Shown piece after piece: positions 29,193 to 43,184 of a stretch of DNA of 64,000 nt. The position numbers and the translations under genes were made by a program. Numbering within the stretch: position 1 is the stretch's first letter; each line of letters begins with the position of its first letter. The DNA is from Octopus vulgaris (Eukaryota), in NCBI GenBank assembly GCA_951406725.2, contig OX597818.1, positions 37,696,001-37,760,000 of the forward strand, in the 5' to 3' direction. Below the pieces are notes generated by a model, which worked only from the letters and a program-made list of their open reading frames with translations, was not told the origin of the DNA and made no database searches.

Positions 29193-29577
29193 TTGTATGT
29201 ATGTATCTACACACACATATATATCAAGGTAACAGACTCACTACTCCGGATTTACGTAATCGTGGATTCATGGAATCTCTGATTCATCGATTTCAGCCAC
29301 TGGTTGTGTAAGCTTTTTCCCTTGAACAGGGGCGCCAGGCATTGCATGGCAATTCCTCTAGCTGTTGCTGATACTCTTTTTCAGCTAACTTGAGTGGAAC
29401 AGCTTGGAATGAAATACCTTGTTGAAGGACTAGCATCACCCGGACCTGAAATCGAATTTATGATGATCTTGATTCCAACGCCCTAACTATTAATTCTTAT
29501 ATTCGTGCCTTAATGAGTGATTCAATATAATATATTTTAGTTCCAACTCCTCATTCTACGTCTATTCTTCTTTGCAG

Positions 29578-29645
29578 TGACACTGGGACATACCCTCCAG
29601 AGAGCTGCGTATTCGGACAACTACTCAATATACTTGCCTTATTAA
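29578..29645 (+). CDS. DRAM: DRAM exon (68 nt): (S)DTGTYPPESCVFGQLLNILALL
   Basis: tttgcag|T acceptor, A|gtaagt donor; phase fits both neighbours; DTGxxPPESCxFGQxLN is the DRAM/TMEM150 signature. Confidence 0.93.
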
Positions 29646-30636
29646 GTAAGTAACATCATATGAAAAGTACTGCTTTTTTTTTCTTCTTGAAGACCTACTT
29701 GTGATGAGGGTGGCGGAGGAAGACGATAATGCACTTGTTGTTAAATATAGTAATTAAAATAGTTGTAGAAATTCTTCTGTAGTGATCTTATTTACTATTG
29801 TTTTCCTGGAGAAACACTTATGTCTTACTATTCTGTAGTAGCTATTCTGCTTGAAGTAAAGTAGATTGACCTAATGTAAGTTAAATATATGTTTCTTTAT
29901 TACCTACAAGGGGCTAAACATAGAGGGGACAAACAAGGACAGACATAGATATTAAGTCGATTACAGTGCGTAACTGGTACTTAATTAATCGACCCCGAAA
30001 GGATGAAAGGCAAAGTCGACTTCGGTGGAATTTGAACTCAGAACGTAACGGCAGACGAAATACGGCTACGCATTTCGCCCAGTGTGCTAACGATTCTCGC
30101 CGCCTCATGAGAGTTAAATATATTAGCTATAGTTTTGTTACACCATGAATCAAAGACCAGAGACTGGAACGAATAAAGGAGTATTTGTTGTTTTGATAAC
30201 TGTTTGACTGCATATCAGAAAACTGTATGCAGAGGCTTGTTCGTTCGTTCGCCAGTGTTACAAACGAAAAGACATTCAAAATAACTTAAACATAACATAG
30301 TAATATTTTACGAACTGTCGTCCGTTAATTTGTGTTGTTCCCCCACCCCACCCCTATTGTCTTATAACCAGGAGGGAAGACAATGTATGTGACCCTGTAC
30401 AGGGACTCAGAAACTGATAGGGTGGGGAGAAGAGAAAACAAAAAGATATTCTCAAAACCGCAATCTTGAACTCAGAGCGCAAATAATTGGGACAGATACC
30501 ACACGCATTCGATCTGCCAACCCACCACCCTCGATTCCTTCACTTTTGTTTTCTTTTATTGACCTCGAAATGGTGAACACCATTTCGTTCGTCTTTACCT
30601 TCTGAGTTCAAATTCAGCTGGGGTCGATAAAATAAA

Positions 30637-31046
30637 GGATCTTTTCGATTTGAACGGCAGTTTTTAACATAATTTCTAGGTAACTAAAAAAATTTAAACT
30701 TCGTACACTGGTAGAATGTGTTTATAAACATCTTTTTCTCTTGGCTTTATTGAGAAAATTCTATGGTTTGTAAGATATTTATTGTTTTTTTTTCTTCAGT
30801 TTCTGCAATTTCAACCAATCAGTGACGTCTATTAAGTTAAAAAGCATTCTGTACCGTATGAATATGTCCCTCGTTTAAGAAACAGATTGGGTTTATTTAC
30901 CTTTGTGAAGAAACAAAGATACCCTTCCCCCACACCTAACCCTAAAAGAGATTGAAATGCAATAGATCGATTCTAGGGTCATAATTATGGGTGACAATTT
31001 CATATGACACCGCTAGAAAAAACTGCCGTTCAAACCGAAAAGATCC
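30637..31046. mobile_element. MITE with GGATCTTT termini (Merlin-like), inserted in a family B SINE
   Basis: ~29-bp TIRs GGATCTTTTCGATTTGAACGGCAGTTTTT; exact 8-bp TSD AAAATAAA (30629-30636, 31047-31054). Confidence 0.88.
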
Positions 31047-31848
31047 AAAATAAATACCAGTCGAGCACCAGGGTTGATGTAATCGACTAGTCCCCTTCTT
31101 CAAAATGTCAGACCTTGTGCCTATATTAGATAGAATTGTATGTATCTGCATGCTTTTGTCTGATAACGAGGTTTTTCAATTCCCCTTGATATTATTTAAT
31201 TACTCATGCTTTACCATATATGTCCCTTCAATGAGTTTCGGACACTTTAAATTGCTCATTGATAACAACTAGTGCCATTTGGTTTAAGAAAAAGAAATTA
31301 TTCATGTCAGTTCCGTACTAATTTAGTCGATAATGAAAATAAAATCACGACAATTCAGAGTTTGATACAAAGCTGTAATTTTAGAAAATTTTATCTACAT
31401 TATAGATTTATTTATTGAAGTATTTTATTACAAAATTAAAGGTAAAATTGGAAATTACACTGGTGTCTGAATTTCAATAATCTTTAATTGATTGAAATGG
31501 TGCATTTGATTCTTTTAGCATCAGTTGTTTATAAATGCAGTGATGCAGTGACTACTGCTATTTAAATTTATGAGATGAAACCAATTTAATGTTTAATTTT
31601 ATGTTACATTTTGCCATTTAAAAAAAGAAAAAAAATCGGAAAATATCTTGTGAAATTAACCGAAATTACATTATTTGCATAAGCAATTTATTGGTCGATT
31701 TTACGTAGATTCGATGATAAACGGTTTAGTTATTTCGAAAAGTTGTACTATCAACCCAACTAATTCAATTATCCAACGTACAATTTAGCGGAACCGACAA
31801 CATGTATACAGTATATATCGTGATACGATGGAGTGTATACGTTTTAAG

Positions 31849-31892
<44 letters not shown>

Positions 31893-31894
31893 CT

Positions 31895-31943
<49 letters not shown>

Positions 31944-32082
31944 TTACACGGAATGAAAGTACTAAGCAGTAATGTGTTTAAATCTGTCTACCTACACCGA
32001 GAAAATTTCTCCATGACAAAATGCGGGTTCGAATATGCTTCTAACATATTTAAACTGATAACACGTTTGTGTGTGTGAGTGT

Positions 32083-32125
<43 letters not shown>

Positions 32126-32892
32126 TGTGTGTGCGTATGTATGCATGTATGTATATATGCACGTATGTATATATATATATAAAAAATACAAAATGGGACA
32201 AGAACGCAAAACATCCAGATAGACGATACAAAAAACACGGACGGGTCATTCGAAGCCTTTAATCTTCAGTCAAGAGCCGGATCATCCTCGCAATTTCGGC
32301 TGATTAATCTTGAGATTGCTCCAATCTGGCCAGCCCCAAGGAAAAACTAAGCAAAGAGCATTAGATTCATTGGAAAAAGGATCGAATGTATACGAAACAA
32401 AGACGGAAAAACGGACGATGTTACGCGAATATAAATACAAAAATAATACAAAAAAAAACAATAATAATAATAATAATACGTACGTATGTACATTCATACA
32501 AGCGTACATGGAAAGTGTATGCGTATTGAAAATCGGCTAAAAATTCGTACTGGTTCCATAAGCAATCGATAAAAAGAGCTCATTCGGAAATAATCATGCG
32601 AATCGGTTGAATAGCTTACATGACCGTGAGGAGCAAGTGAGTGGCAATGACGTGCATCTCCCGGCACGAACCGCTAATACGTAATGACACCCCGACACAA
32701 GGGAGCACTACCCATATAAAGCCAAATAACTAGGTAGTGCAGAGTTCTGTTGCGCCACTGTATAAGCACCGGTGAGTGAAACCAGATGACCAAAGTTGAT
32801 GCGAGCAAGACACGTCTAAACGGCACCGTTAATCCAAACATAACAGAGCGTGTGTTTGAGACCTATTAATGGGTCTCAGTCAAATAGCTGTG

Positions 32893-33466
32893 GGATCTTT
32901 ATCTTTTGACCTACAGATTTAAAAAATAATTTTTTGTAACTAAACACTTTCAAACTTCGGACACTGGTTGTCTTATTTCGGTAATTTCAACCAATCAATG
33001 ACGTGTATTCAGCTGAATAAAATTAATGCCGTTGTTTGACAACAAGAACTTCCGGTGGTGTATTTTTCGTTTGTCACTGTTATTTATGACAATCCTAACC
33101 CTAAAACTGTAACCCTAACCCTAAAACCTTAATGCTAACTCTAAAACCCTAACCCTAAAACCTTAAATCTAAAACCAGTACAAAAGCACGAACGATGTCA
33201 GTGACAAACGAAAAATACACCGCCGATAGTTGTTGTTGACAAACAACGGAAGTAATTTTATTCAGCTGAATACACGTCATTGATTGGTTGAAATTACCGA
33301 AATAGGTCTACGTTAACATGAAATTACTTCGTAAATATAAATTTTTCTCAAAAATGCTAAGAGTAAGACGTGTTTTATATGACACACTCTACCAGTGCCC
33401 GAAGTTTGAAAGTGTTTAGTCACAAAAAATAATTTTTTAAATCTGTAGGTCAAAAAGTAAAGATCC
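32893..33466. mobile_element. long-TIR MITE with GGATCTTT termini (Merlin-like) and CCCTAA-like core
   Basis: Exact 8-bp TSD TAGCTGTG (32885-32892, 33467-33474); arms complementary over about 190 bp; truncated relative at 38749-38987. Confidence 0.92.
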
Positions 33467-33799
33467 TAGCTGTGAAATGGCAACTAAGTTATGAAGCAAT
33501 ACCTGTGCACGGACAAGATGTCTGATATCCGTCGAAAAGGAAACTATTGACTTGAACTACACAACTTTTACTTGGCCACTATAAACAAAACAAACACTAC
33601 AGGCAATGGTTATTACAAGCATTACAAAAGGTTATAGATAAAAGGTTTTATTGGCTTGATCTACCATGATTTTTAAAAGTGTTTTTTTTTTTACAAATTA
33701 AGATGCTTTTGGCCCAACTAAAGAGAACAAGTCTAACCATCACTCTTAGTCATCATCATCATCTCTGGTTATTTCTATGCCATAACTCACCATTACTAT

Positions 33800-34282
33800 G
33801 TAGTCGTTGGAATTCGCATCATCAGTTTGGAACCCCTATCTTGCTCAGAACATTGTTCTCCTGGAATCTGTTCAGAGACGTGCAACCAAACGCATACCCT
33901 CCATCAGACACCTACCATACTCTGAGCGCCTTGTTTCCCTGGGCATGGATTCACTGAAGCTCCGGCGTCTGGCGTTGGACTTAGTAAACACCCACAAAGT
34001 TATCAACCACCTCACCAACAACAACACTGAACACCTTTTTGATCTCCATGTGTCCAACACATGCCTACAAAGTTAGAAAACAGCACAGCTCCCATGACTT
34101 TCGGAAACATTTTTTCACGCTCAGAGTTGCTGAAGCATGGAACAAACTGCATGCGTCAGTTGTTGACTGCCATGACACTGCATCCTTTAAGGCCCTCATG
34201 CTTTCCGAAATCCGCCGAAACTACACTTGATTATATATACACTTTAGATGAGTTGTAGTGCACCTGAGCACTGTACACAATG

Positions 34283-34350
<68 letters not shown>
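33800..34350 (+). mobile_element. CR1-clade LINE 3' end with (ATT)n tail
   Basis: LEFASSVWNPY..LESVQRRATK..YSERL..SLKLRR..FFTLRVAEAWNKL. Confidence 0.9.
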
Positions 34351-34352
<2 letters not shown>

Positions 34353-36476
34353 CTGAGTTTATCCATCCTTTTGATAGGTCTTGTTATTGTTCTGCTGGTT
34401 TCTCCTCATCAGACTAGCCTGATGAATTGCCGGCTTAGTCACCGACCACCTGACTGTTCAACTTGTTGCACTGGATTTCATGTTACCAATAGCACTCACA
34501 AGTGATATGTGTTTGTGTGCATGTGTATACGAAAGGCTTTTGCAAATTTCCTTTCTATTAAATTCCCCTCAGATGGTTATAGACTAACCTGAGGCTAGAA
34601 AAGAAAACACTTACGCATTAAGATATATTTAATATCAAGAAAAAAGATGTTAATTCCTTTTGTTTTTACTGGCTAGTGTTGCTATCTTGCATTATAAAAC
34701 GTACAACTAAACACTACTTCAAGTGTCTATTTACTATATTTTGTTCGTCAAAAATTTAAACATCTTCTGTCAACTCTTTAATTGATGTCTTTAGTAGGCA
34801 TTGGTAAAATTTTAGGTGACGTTAGATTGTAGAAGAAAAGAGGAGATGAAATGAAGAGGCTTTGTGAGAAACGCTTGTCAGAGATCTTCTCATAGATCAA
34901 CATTATATTCACGCACACGTACAATTACGCTCGTATAGACACATGCCATATACTTATAAACACATATACAGATATACACGTGCACGCTCTCACAAACTTC
35001 AAATTGTAATCATTAAGATGTTAAGCCGTCATTACTATTTAAAATCCTTACTGCCACCAAAAAGATTCAAATAAACAAAATTAGATTTAACAAAACACAG
35101 ATAATACATGAGTATTATAGAATCAAACGCCAACGTTAACTATTATGCCTTTAAGGACATAAAAAGTCCACAAAAACTACCCCGAAAATAATTAAAATGA
35201 TAAAAGCTGTTAATATTGGCTTCAAATTTTGGCACAAGGACAGCAATTTCAGGTGAAGGGTAAGTCGATTACATCGACCCCAATGCTCAACTGGTACTTA
35301 TTTTATCGACACCGAAGAGTAAAAGGCAAAGTCGACCTCGGCAGCATTTTTGCCCGGCGTGGTAACGATTCTGCCAGCAAGTACAATGATAAATCATCTT
35401 ATGCTAGCATTAGAAGTTGTAGTGAAGGAGGTATGTGATAAGAGTCAGCTCCAAGAAAAGGGAAAAATTATGGAAAAGGAAAGTTACAAAGGAGAATGCG
35501 TCCTAGTTCGAGGGTTTATCCAAGAAAGGGCCAAAAATTGCTGAAGAAGCCAAATAACTGACAGAGAACAAACTATACTGGCTGGAGTAGAAATGGTACT
35601 AAGTCCCAAATCCACTGTTGGTGAAAATATTACCGACAGTCTATCGATGGTAAACAGAGCACTTTTAGAAGGATATGGGAGACTTCTTTATTTGACAAAA
35701 GCCAATGGTGCTCAGGAATGAATTTGGAAGATCCAGCTTGCAGTTGGGAGTAGTAAGGACTATCTAAAATTAATTGGAATTATATGATGTCCTAATCTTA
35801 CCTACTTAATGACTTTCTTCGCGTGTGTGGGCGATGTCTTTGTTTTATTTCATTTTCAATCAGTTTTTTTCCTTTTTTGTTACATTTTTCCATCCCACGT
35901 TTATGTACATCACATGTTTTTGTAATTTTACTGAGTGGTACGTTTTATACGTTTATACTCGTGTGGTCAATAAAGAAATAAAAGTAATTATTATTATATC
36001 TGAATTTGCATGCGAAAGACGTCTCTGAGAGAGTTCTGACACAGAAAAAAAAATTATTTCTCCCTAATTACCTAAAAAAAAAAATTATTCCGGTTTTCTC
36101 TTGAATACTAAAAATAGGCTTTCGGATAATTTAATCTGTTTTCCAGAGATGGAAGAAAGGTTCGTCTTAGACATAATTTTCTTCATCTTTCTTTACTTGT
36201 TTTTTTCTTCTTTTTGGCAAGCAGCCATTCGAACTCTTGTTGTATGTTCAAAATGGTATCGTCAGAGATTGTAGAAGATAAACGTTCCAGCAGCAGCAGC
36301 AGTAATGGCGGGAAAAATTTTAATACTCTCCAACTAATTTTTTTTTCAAATACAGAATCAGACTAAAAAAAGAGAAAAAAAAAACACACTCAACTTTACA
36401 TTCTGAGTTCAAATTCCTTTCGAGTCGATTTTTACCTTTAATTTTTTTTTTTGTGGTTGAGAAAAATTAATACCAA

Positions 36477-36900
36477 TCAGACAATGAGGTCAATAGCTTT
36501 TACATATTTTCCACAAATCCTGCTTTGTGGATCTGTTCCGTCCTTGTTAATACCATGGTGATAGGATCTGGTTGTGAGACTCTGATCTTGTGTAGCGATT
36601 ACCTGATTCCCTGTCTCTGAATTCATCTCGGTGCTCTTAAGCCCTAGGCATACCTCTTCAGTTTGTCTAACTCCGCCTTTTGCATCCTTTTTGATACTTC
36701 CAGTGCATTTGTGCATTACCTTGTCGTCCCAGATTTTCTGCAGCTGAAGCAGGCCGTGATGTCTTGCTTTGTGCTTCACTCGCTCGCTTTAAATGGTAGT
36801 CACCATATTTTCTGTTCATGGAGTTTCTGGAGGATCAAACTCTTTCCCCAATTTCTTAATGGTGTTAATTTCTAACTATTTTTATCCTCCCAGTGTGTAA
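36477..36900 (-). mobile_element. R4/Dong-like (RLE-type) retrotransposon remnant
   Basis: IATQDQSLTTRSY...RICG matches the AxQDQxLxTR / CRxC region. Confidence 0.7.
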
Positions 36901-38748
36901 GAGCCAATTATGTTTTTGCTAGCTTTTAACAGCTTTTTCGTTGTGTATTTTTTCATTTAGTCTTCTTCCATATCTTACTCAACAACTGCTTGGCTTCTTT
37001 GATCGTGGATGGTTCAATGAAACGGTTATCTTCATCTTGCCCAGCTCACGGTAGAGATTGTTGGCATTTTTATTAAAGATCTTGTTTTGCCGAAAGATCT
37101 AGCCCATCTACTCGAATCTCCTGTGTCTTCTTTGTTTGAAGCTACCGCTTCCTTGTTTCTTCCGTGCACCAGACACGAATACGGTATGGTTTTACATACG
37201 TAACAGAGTGAGTTGAAAATCTTTGATGAACTGAGATTATCGGAGTAATTAGTACACAAAACTCCCTCTGCGAGTGTTTAAAGACCTAAAATCAACTCAC
37301 GGGGGATATAACTCCAATACGATCAGTTGATCAAACTTTTTGGACCATATAGACAATGCGGATGTGAGTAGATTTATTCATTAAAGACAACTGATGAAGG
37401 CTGTTGATATTTTCCGTCTTATGATACTTCCTCAGCGGAGCATGTTCCTCTCTGTTGGCAAGGCTATGATCAATATATATAGAGAAATAAAAGGAATGTT
37501 GCGGCACGGTTATAAATATCAATAACTTAGCTGAAGGAGAATATCTCAAAGGAGCGTTCCGTATACCGAACACAAATATAGTAAGGTCTCACATATTCAA
37601 TATAATCAATCACTGTTTATTATTTAACTTCTGTGACTGTTAGTCTCTCAACTGCCCTTGTCTCTGTCTATCTATGTCTTTCCTCGTCTTTATCTTTGGG
37701 TTTATTTATTTGGCTGTTGATCTATTTATAGACGCTACTTTATTATTTTTGCAGTTAAAGAGTCCTACATGCATGAATTCAGTTGAGGGATGTACGCAGT
37801 CATGTGTGTAATATTAATGTAGGTTTTGTGTATTTTATCAGTTTGGTGAAAGAATCGAGTCATGTCACCAAAAGCATATATAACTCCCATGTTTCTGCAC
37901 AAACGTTCAAATGATAATGATCCACCTTTGATCCAACACACAGAGTTCAAAACGAAAAAGGGAGGAGAGGAGAGCTATAGATGGGATGACTGACACATCT
38001 AGCATGCTAGCACACACAGATGATGATAAGGGGAAGAAGAAGACCGATGAGTGTGATAAAGCTGACGTCAACGGGTGATATTAATAATGTCAGCGATGAA
38101 GATGTCGACGGTGAGGAAATTGCTGTTGAAGTTGATGATGATGATGATGGTGGTGGTGGATGTAGTGGTGGTGGTGGTTGTGGTAGCGGCGGCAGCGACG
38201 AAGGGCGATGTATGTGATAAAGTTGACGTCCAGCGGGTGAAGTTAATAATTGTCAGCGATGAAGACGATGACAGCAAGAGTGCTTCTTCTGCATTTGTTG
38301 TTTTCTGTTGCTGCTGATGATGTTAATACTGAAGGAGATAATGACGATGATGTAGATAGTGATGATTCAATGAGATGTTATTCAAAAGAAATAATAAAAA
38401 TAATAATGGGGAACATGATTACAACGCACGCTTCACTGATATTGTTTTTAATTACCCCTTGTAAACTAAGAAAATATTTCAACAAGTTAGGTTTTGTTTG
38501 TCACATCTTAAGGGAATATAATTATTTACATAAACGTATTTATCCTTGGATCAGTAAAATTACAACTTGTCAAATTAAAAGTTTAATACTTGCGTGTTAC
38601 TGTTGATCTGAAATCCTCCTCTGTTACGTTACTATTGTTCTGGCTGCAGTTGTTGTTGTTGTTGTTAATTTTGTTTTGTTATTAAGTAGACTTTTGATCA
38701 GATTCATACAAGTTGTGATCCTTCGGGAGACTTTTTAGGAGCAGTATT

Positions 38749-38987
38749 GGATCTTTACCTTTTGACCGGCAGATTTAGAAAATAATTTTTTGTAATTAAA
38801 CACTTTCAAACTTCGAATACTGGTAGAATGTGTCATATAAAACACCTTTTACTCTTAGCGTGTTTGAGAAAAGTTTATGTTTACGAAGTTATTTCGTGTT
38901 AAAGTTCTCGTATTTCGATAATTGCAACCAATTTCAACGTGTATTGAGCTGAATAAAACTATTGAATAAAACAACTTCCGGCGGTGT
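38749..38987. mobile_element. truncated copy of the GGATCTTT MITE family
   Basis: Matches the arm of 32893-33466; other terminus absent. Confidence 0.82.
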
Positions 38988-39216
38988 TCCCTCTAATATG
39001 TGTAGCATTCCCTCTAATACATGCGTTTATGCACATGCGCGCGTTTTACAACTAGGAAAGATAGAAAAAAATGTGCGCACGCGAGGTTTTTTGATTGAAG
39101 AAATTCGAGCGATTGTTATTGGCATAGATGTGCACATATTTTCCAAAGAAAGACCAAATCTGTACCCAATGCAAGTTTCTGCGCATGCCCATAGCAAAAT
39201 TTAGGGAAACGATGTA

Positions 39217-40045
39217 TTGGGTTGGCCTAAAAGTCTGTTTGGTTTTTCAGGCGAAAATAAGACACAAGTTTTAAAAACAAAGCGGTTTATTCAGTCAATG
39301 ATACAATTACCGTTGCATCTCAGTGTTTTATGCCAATTTGTGAGCAGAATCATAATTCCCTACTCAAGGAATTTCCTCCATATGAATGTTTAAATCCTCT
39401 TCAGAGTCGAAAGACTGTCCATTCAATGAATTTTGAAGAGACTGAAGTAGGTGAAGATCTGAAAGTACAAGGTCGGGCGAATATGGAGTGTGCGGCAAAA
39501 CTTTCTGGCCAAGTCCCAGTAACTTCTATCACGTCGACAAAGAAGTGTGTGGTTTGTTCTGATGAAAGATAATGCCCTTGCGGTTAGCAAGTGCTGGACG
39601 CTTCTGATAGATCGCTGCTTTTAATTTGTCCAGCTGGTCACAATACACATCCGATTCGTTGGAATAGGCTTGTAAAAGACAACAACCTTTCCAACCCCAC
39701 CAAATTGAAAGCACAACCTTCTTCGGTGGAGTCCCGCTTTGGAGGTTTGTTTGTGGGGGTTCGCCGCGCTGCCCTGTTAATTGTTTGCGTTTCACATCGT
39801 TATGGAAGATCCAATTTTCACCCCCTGTCACAATTCTCTTCAAAACAAGGATCGTTTCCTTTACGCTTCTGCAACGAGTCGCAGATGGAAATCCGTTGGG
39901 CAAGGAGCGTCGCGTCGAGATATGTTGAAGTGTCAAGTATCTAAGGAGTGTGCATGCGCATGAGACAGACTGAAGCTAGCAACTTTTTAGAGTGCTTGAA
40001 GTTTAGTGTGAACAAAAACCGAACGGACATTTTGGCCATTCCTAT
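39217..40045 (-). mobile_element. internally deleted mariner transposon relic
   Basis: LKRIVTGGENWIFHND, PKKVVLSIWW, YCDQLDKLKAAI..KRP..IIFHQ motifs; TA-TTGGGTTGGCC left TIR and degenerate right TIR. Confidence 0.9.
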
Positions 40046-40070
40046 ATTAGGAGAATGTTACCTATTTAAG

Positions 40071-40395
40071 TGGAGGCGCAATGGCCGAGTGGTCAGGGCA
40101 GCGGACTCGCGGTCGGAGGATCGCGGTTTCGACTCCCAGACCGGGCGTTGTGTGTGTTTATTGAGCGAAAACACTTAAAAGCTCCACGAGGCTCCGGCGG
40201 GAGGTAGTGGCGACCCCTGTTGTACTCTTTCACCACGACTTTCTCTCACTCTCTCTTCCTGTTTCTTGAGTAACTCTGCGATGGACTGGCGTCCCATCCA
40301 GCTGGGGGGAACACATATACCACAGAAACCGGGAAACCGGGCCCATGATCTTGGCTAGGCTTGAAAAGGGCGACGTTTATCGTTTATCGTTTATC
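40071..40395 (+). mobile_element. SINE family C
   Basis: (CGTTTAT)n tail; 14-bp TSD GTTACCTA(T/C)TTAAG. Confidence 0.9.
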
Positions 40396-41397
40396 GTTAC
40401 CTACTTAAGCTTTTCGTTCCCTTTGGAACCTAGACCATTGACGACTTTTCTCCGCTGTTCTCAACCCTGGACTTTCTTTTCTGCTTCTCTCCAGTTGGAT
40501 CTCTACTTTCCTTTGCACCTTCCTTTCGGATTTTGCTGCAACGCGTCATATGTTTCTGGCTTCTGTCCTTTGACCAGTTCACATGGGAGGCTCTACTAGG
40601 AGCATGCGCTCCGCTGGTACAGCTCTCAGGGTCATTGAAGCACACAAACTATTCACACCGCTGCAAGGACTGGACCTTGTGGTGGTTAAGCGTATGTAGG
40701 ACACCGACATATAATTCTCATTCCCTTAGGAGAAGAGTAGGATGTGATTTGTCTTCTTTTGTTTTTTAATGATTTGGTGAGACCAACACTTTTAATGTTC
40801 CTTTTCAACAGTTGATGATAGTAGAAAAAGCATGGGCCAGGAATTCCCGAGTTCTAGAATTTCAGGAGTTCTAGAAAGAAACATCTTGGTAAAGTGATTA
40901 CTATAGGCCCTGAGTTGTAGGGGATACAGCCTCATATGAATGAGGAGAGGAAGAGATATGAATGTCAATTCAATATGATATGCACCGTCATAAGCACAGT
41001 GGACTTGTTATTGGCCTGCTAGGAACCAGTAACTGCATGTGAAATAGAATAAATAAATAAAAACAGCCATAAGAATACCTTATTTTATTATTCAGTTTAA
41101 CCCTGTACCTATTTACTGTCTCCTTAGTATTTTGTGTCCGTACATATTTAAATATTCTAAAGCAAAATATGAAATGAGACGGATGTTTTTGATCAGTTCA
41201 ACACAAACACATTTGAAAAACAGTTTTAAATATTTTTTTGAAAATTGCTGTTACCGATTTTGTTTTACTTATGAGTTTTGGAAAATGTCATAATAGCTTT
41301 CTGTTCTCTTTTGTAATCCTTAAAATCAATATATTTCATAGGATCAAATAGATATTATATCGCAAGTACTAAAAAAAGTGAATATTTTACTCATCAA

Positions 41398-41430
<33 letters not shown>

Positions 41431-41441
41431 GTATGTATGTA

Positions 41442-41473
<32 letters not shown>

Positions 41474-41478
<5 letters not shown>

Positions 41479-41778
41479 GTATTTTATAAGCTTAGTGCTT
41501 ATAAGCAATCACCGCTCAATAACTAAAGAAAATAGTCTAATAATGGGGCATATAAGCCCTCGACAGAAAAAAAAAGTAGGTTTTACCGTACGCGTGGGAC
41601 TCGAACCTACACATCTTAATTTTCGCGACCAAATGTGCTACCGTTACAGCAACAAACAAAACCGCTTCTGTCTGTCACGTTTAAGAACTATAATTAGTCC
41701 GTAGATTGTTAAAGTTTTTTTTTTTTTAGCCATTGCGCTGTGATCGCTTTAAAGCTTTAAGCTTACAAAATACTATTA
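41474..41778 (-). mobile_element. tRNA-like core bracketed by ~60-bp inverted repeats
   Basis: B box GGTTCGAGTCCC on minus strand near 41595-41607; arms 41474-41532 and about 41718-41778. Confidence 0.65.
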
Positions 41779-42460
41779 ATATTATTTACAGAATTGTAAA
41801 AATCGACGCTGCTTAACAAAAACCATCGATATATGGTATATATATATATTGAAGTGAATACTAATAATCCTAAATTGTCTTCAGTTGGCTCTTTTGTTCT
41901 CTTGAAATTGTCTCGTCACCATTTCCGTTCATCCTGGCAAACTTTCAGGATCTGCTGGTTCTTTTTTACCGTTTCATATTTCCTTCTTAGTTCTTACATC
42001 TGCTGTCATCATTTCTCTTCCCTCTGACCTCACTTCCTTGCTCTCACATGCGTGGATATTTATGCCTGAACAGTGTCTGAAGATGAACATCCCAGCTAAG
42101 CCGTGATGCTACATAAAAAACTTGCAATTTGTGATATCATTTCTCTAATTTTGTATTCATATTTACCAACAAGATTAAACTTAATACTGTTCGTGGCCGT
42201 AGCAAACAGTATACAGAGCAGTGTCTTCGCTCAGTTTATTTTATTTGTGTTTCCAGATATTTCACTTGAATTACATTCAAAATCTTTTGGAAAATGTCCG
42301 AAAGTAATACGACTTCCAAACTATTTTTCTTTCTCCTCATAAATGTAAATCATTGCACCCTTTTAGCGAATCAACATATGTCCTGATATCTCTTTCTAAA
42401 TATTTCTGGTGCGATGTATTTTTTTATTTATTATTATTTTTTTTTTCATTTCTTTTTTAG

Positions 42461-42606
42461 TCGGAATGACGCTGTATATTAGATTTCGGCAGGTCGATGA
42501 AATGTATCAGTCTTCAGGAAGAAGACTACTATTAGTTTTTAACAAATTTGCATTCGGAATTGGACTTCTAGCAGCGGCAGGAGTAAGCATTGTCGCAAAC
42601 TTTCAA
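42461..42606 (+). CDS. DRAM: DRAM exon (146 nt): (I)GMTLYIRFRQVDEMYQSSGRRLLLVFNKFAFGIGLLAAAGVSIVANFQ
   Basis: Polypyrimidine tract + ttttag| acceptor, CAA|gtaagt donor; YxRxxQV, xNK and G.SIVANFQ family motifs; within ORF 42409..42651. Confidence 0.95.
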
Positions 42607-43184
42607 GTAAGTACATTTACATTTTTCGCTTTTTTCTATTTATTTATTTAAGATTAGCGTTTCTACATAGATTACTCAACTTGCTACGGGCAACAGACGG
42701 ATCACTTTCAATATACTCCAGCGCCATCTGTTCACATCTGCTCCAGCAAAACTCATTGAATCTTTTGTACTATTTCAACTTTGTGCTTGCTACCTTCTTT
42801 TAGAGTTGGCTGTTCCTAACTGTACTACATAGAATACTACACATTTACAATACTAGTCTTTTTCTTTCAAAATAAATTAGTGATGTACAAAAATAAAAAA
42901 TTACGATAACTTTGATCAAGTATCCCGGTAGAGAAAATCGTGTGATAAATAATAATAATAATAATAACTTAAAATAATAATAATTTTTGCCTTAGGCCAG
43001 CAATTTCGGGAATAGGTTAAGTCGTTTACATCGACCCCATTGCTCAACTGGTAGTTATTTTGTTGACCCTTAAAGGCTGAAAGGCAAAGTCGAGTTCGGT
43101 GGAATTTGAACTCAAAAGCCGCTAAGCCTGTCGTGCTATCAAATCTGCCAACTCGCTGCCATTAAAAATAGTAATGGTCCTTTT

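Noticed and set aside
33093-33175. Telomere or chromosome-fusion relic
   Set aside because: Short, degenerate and internal to a TSD-flanked MITE.
38020-38375. Acidic/Gly-rich ORFs
   Set aside because: Degenerate (GAT)/(GGT) repeats, no splice signals or domain similarity.
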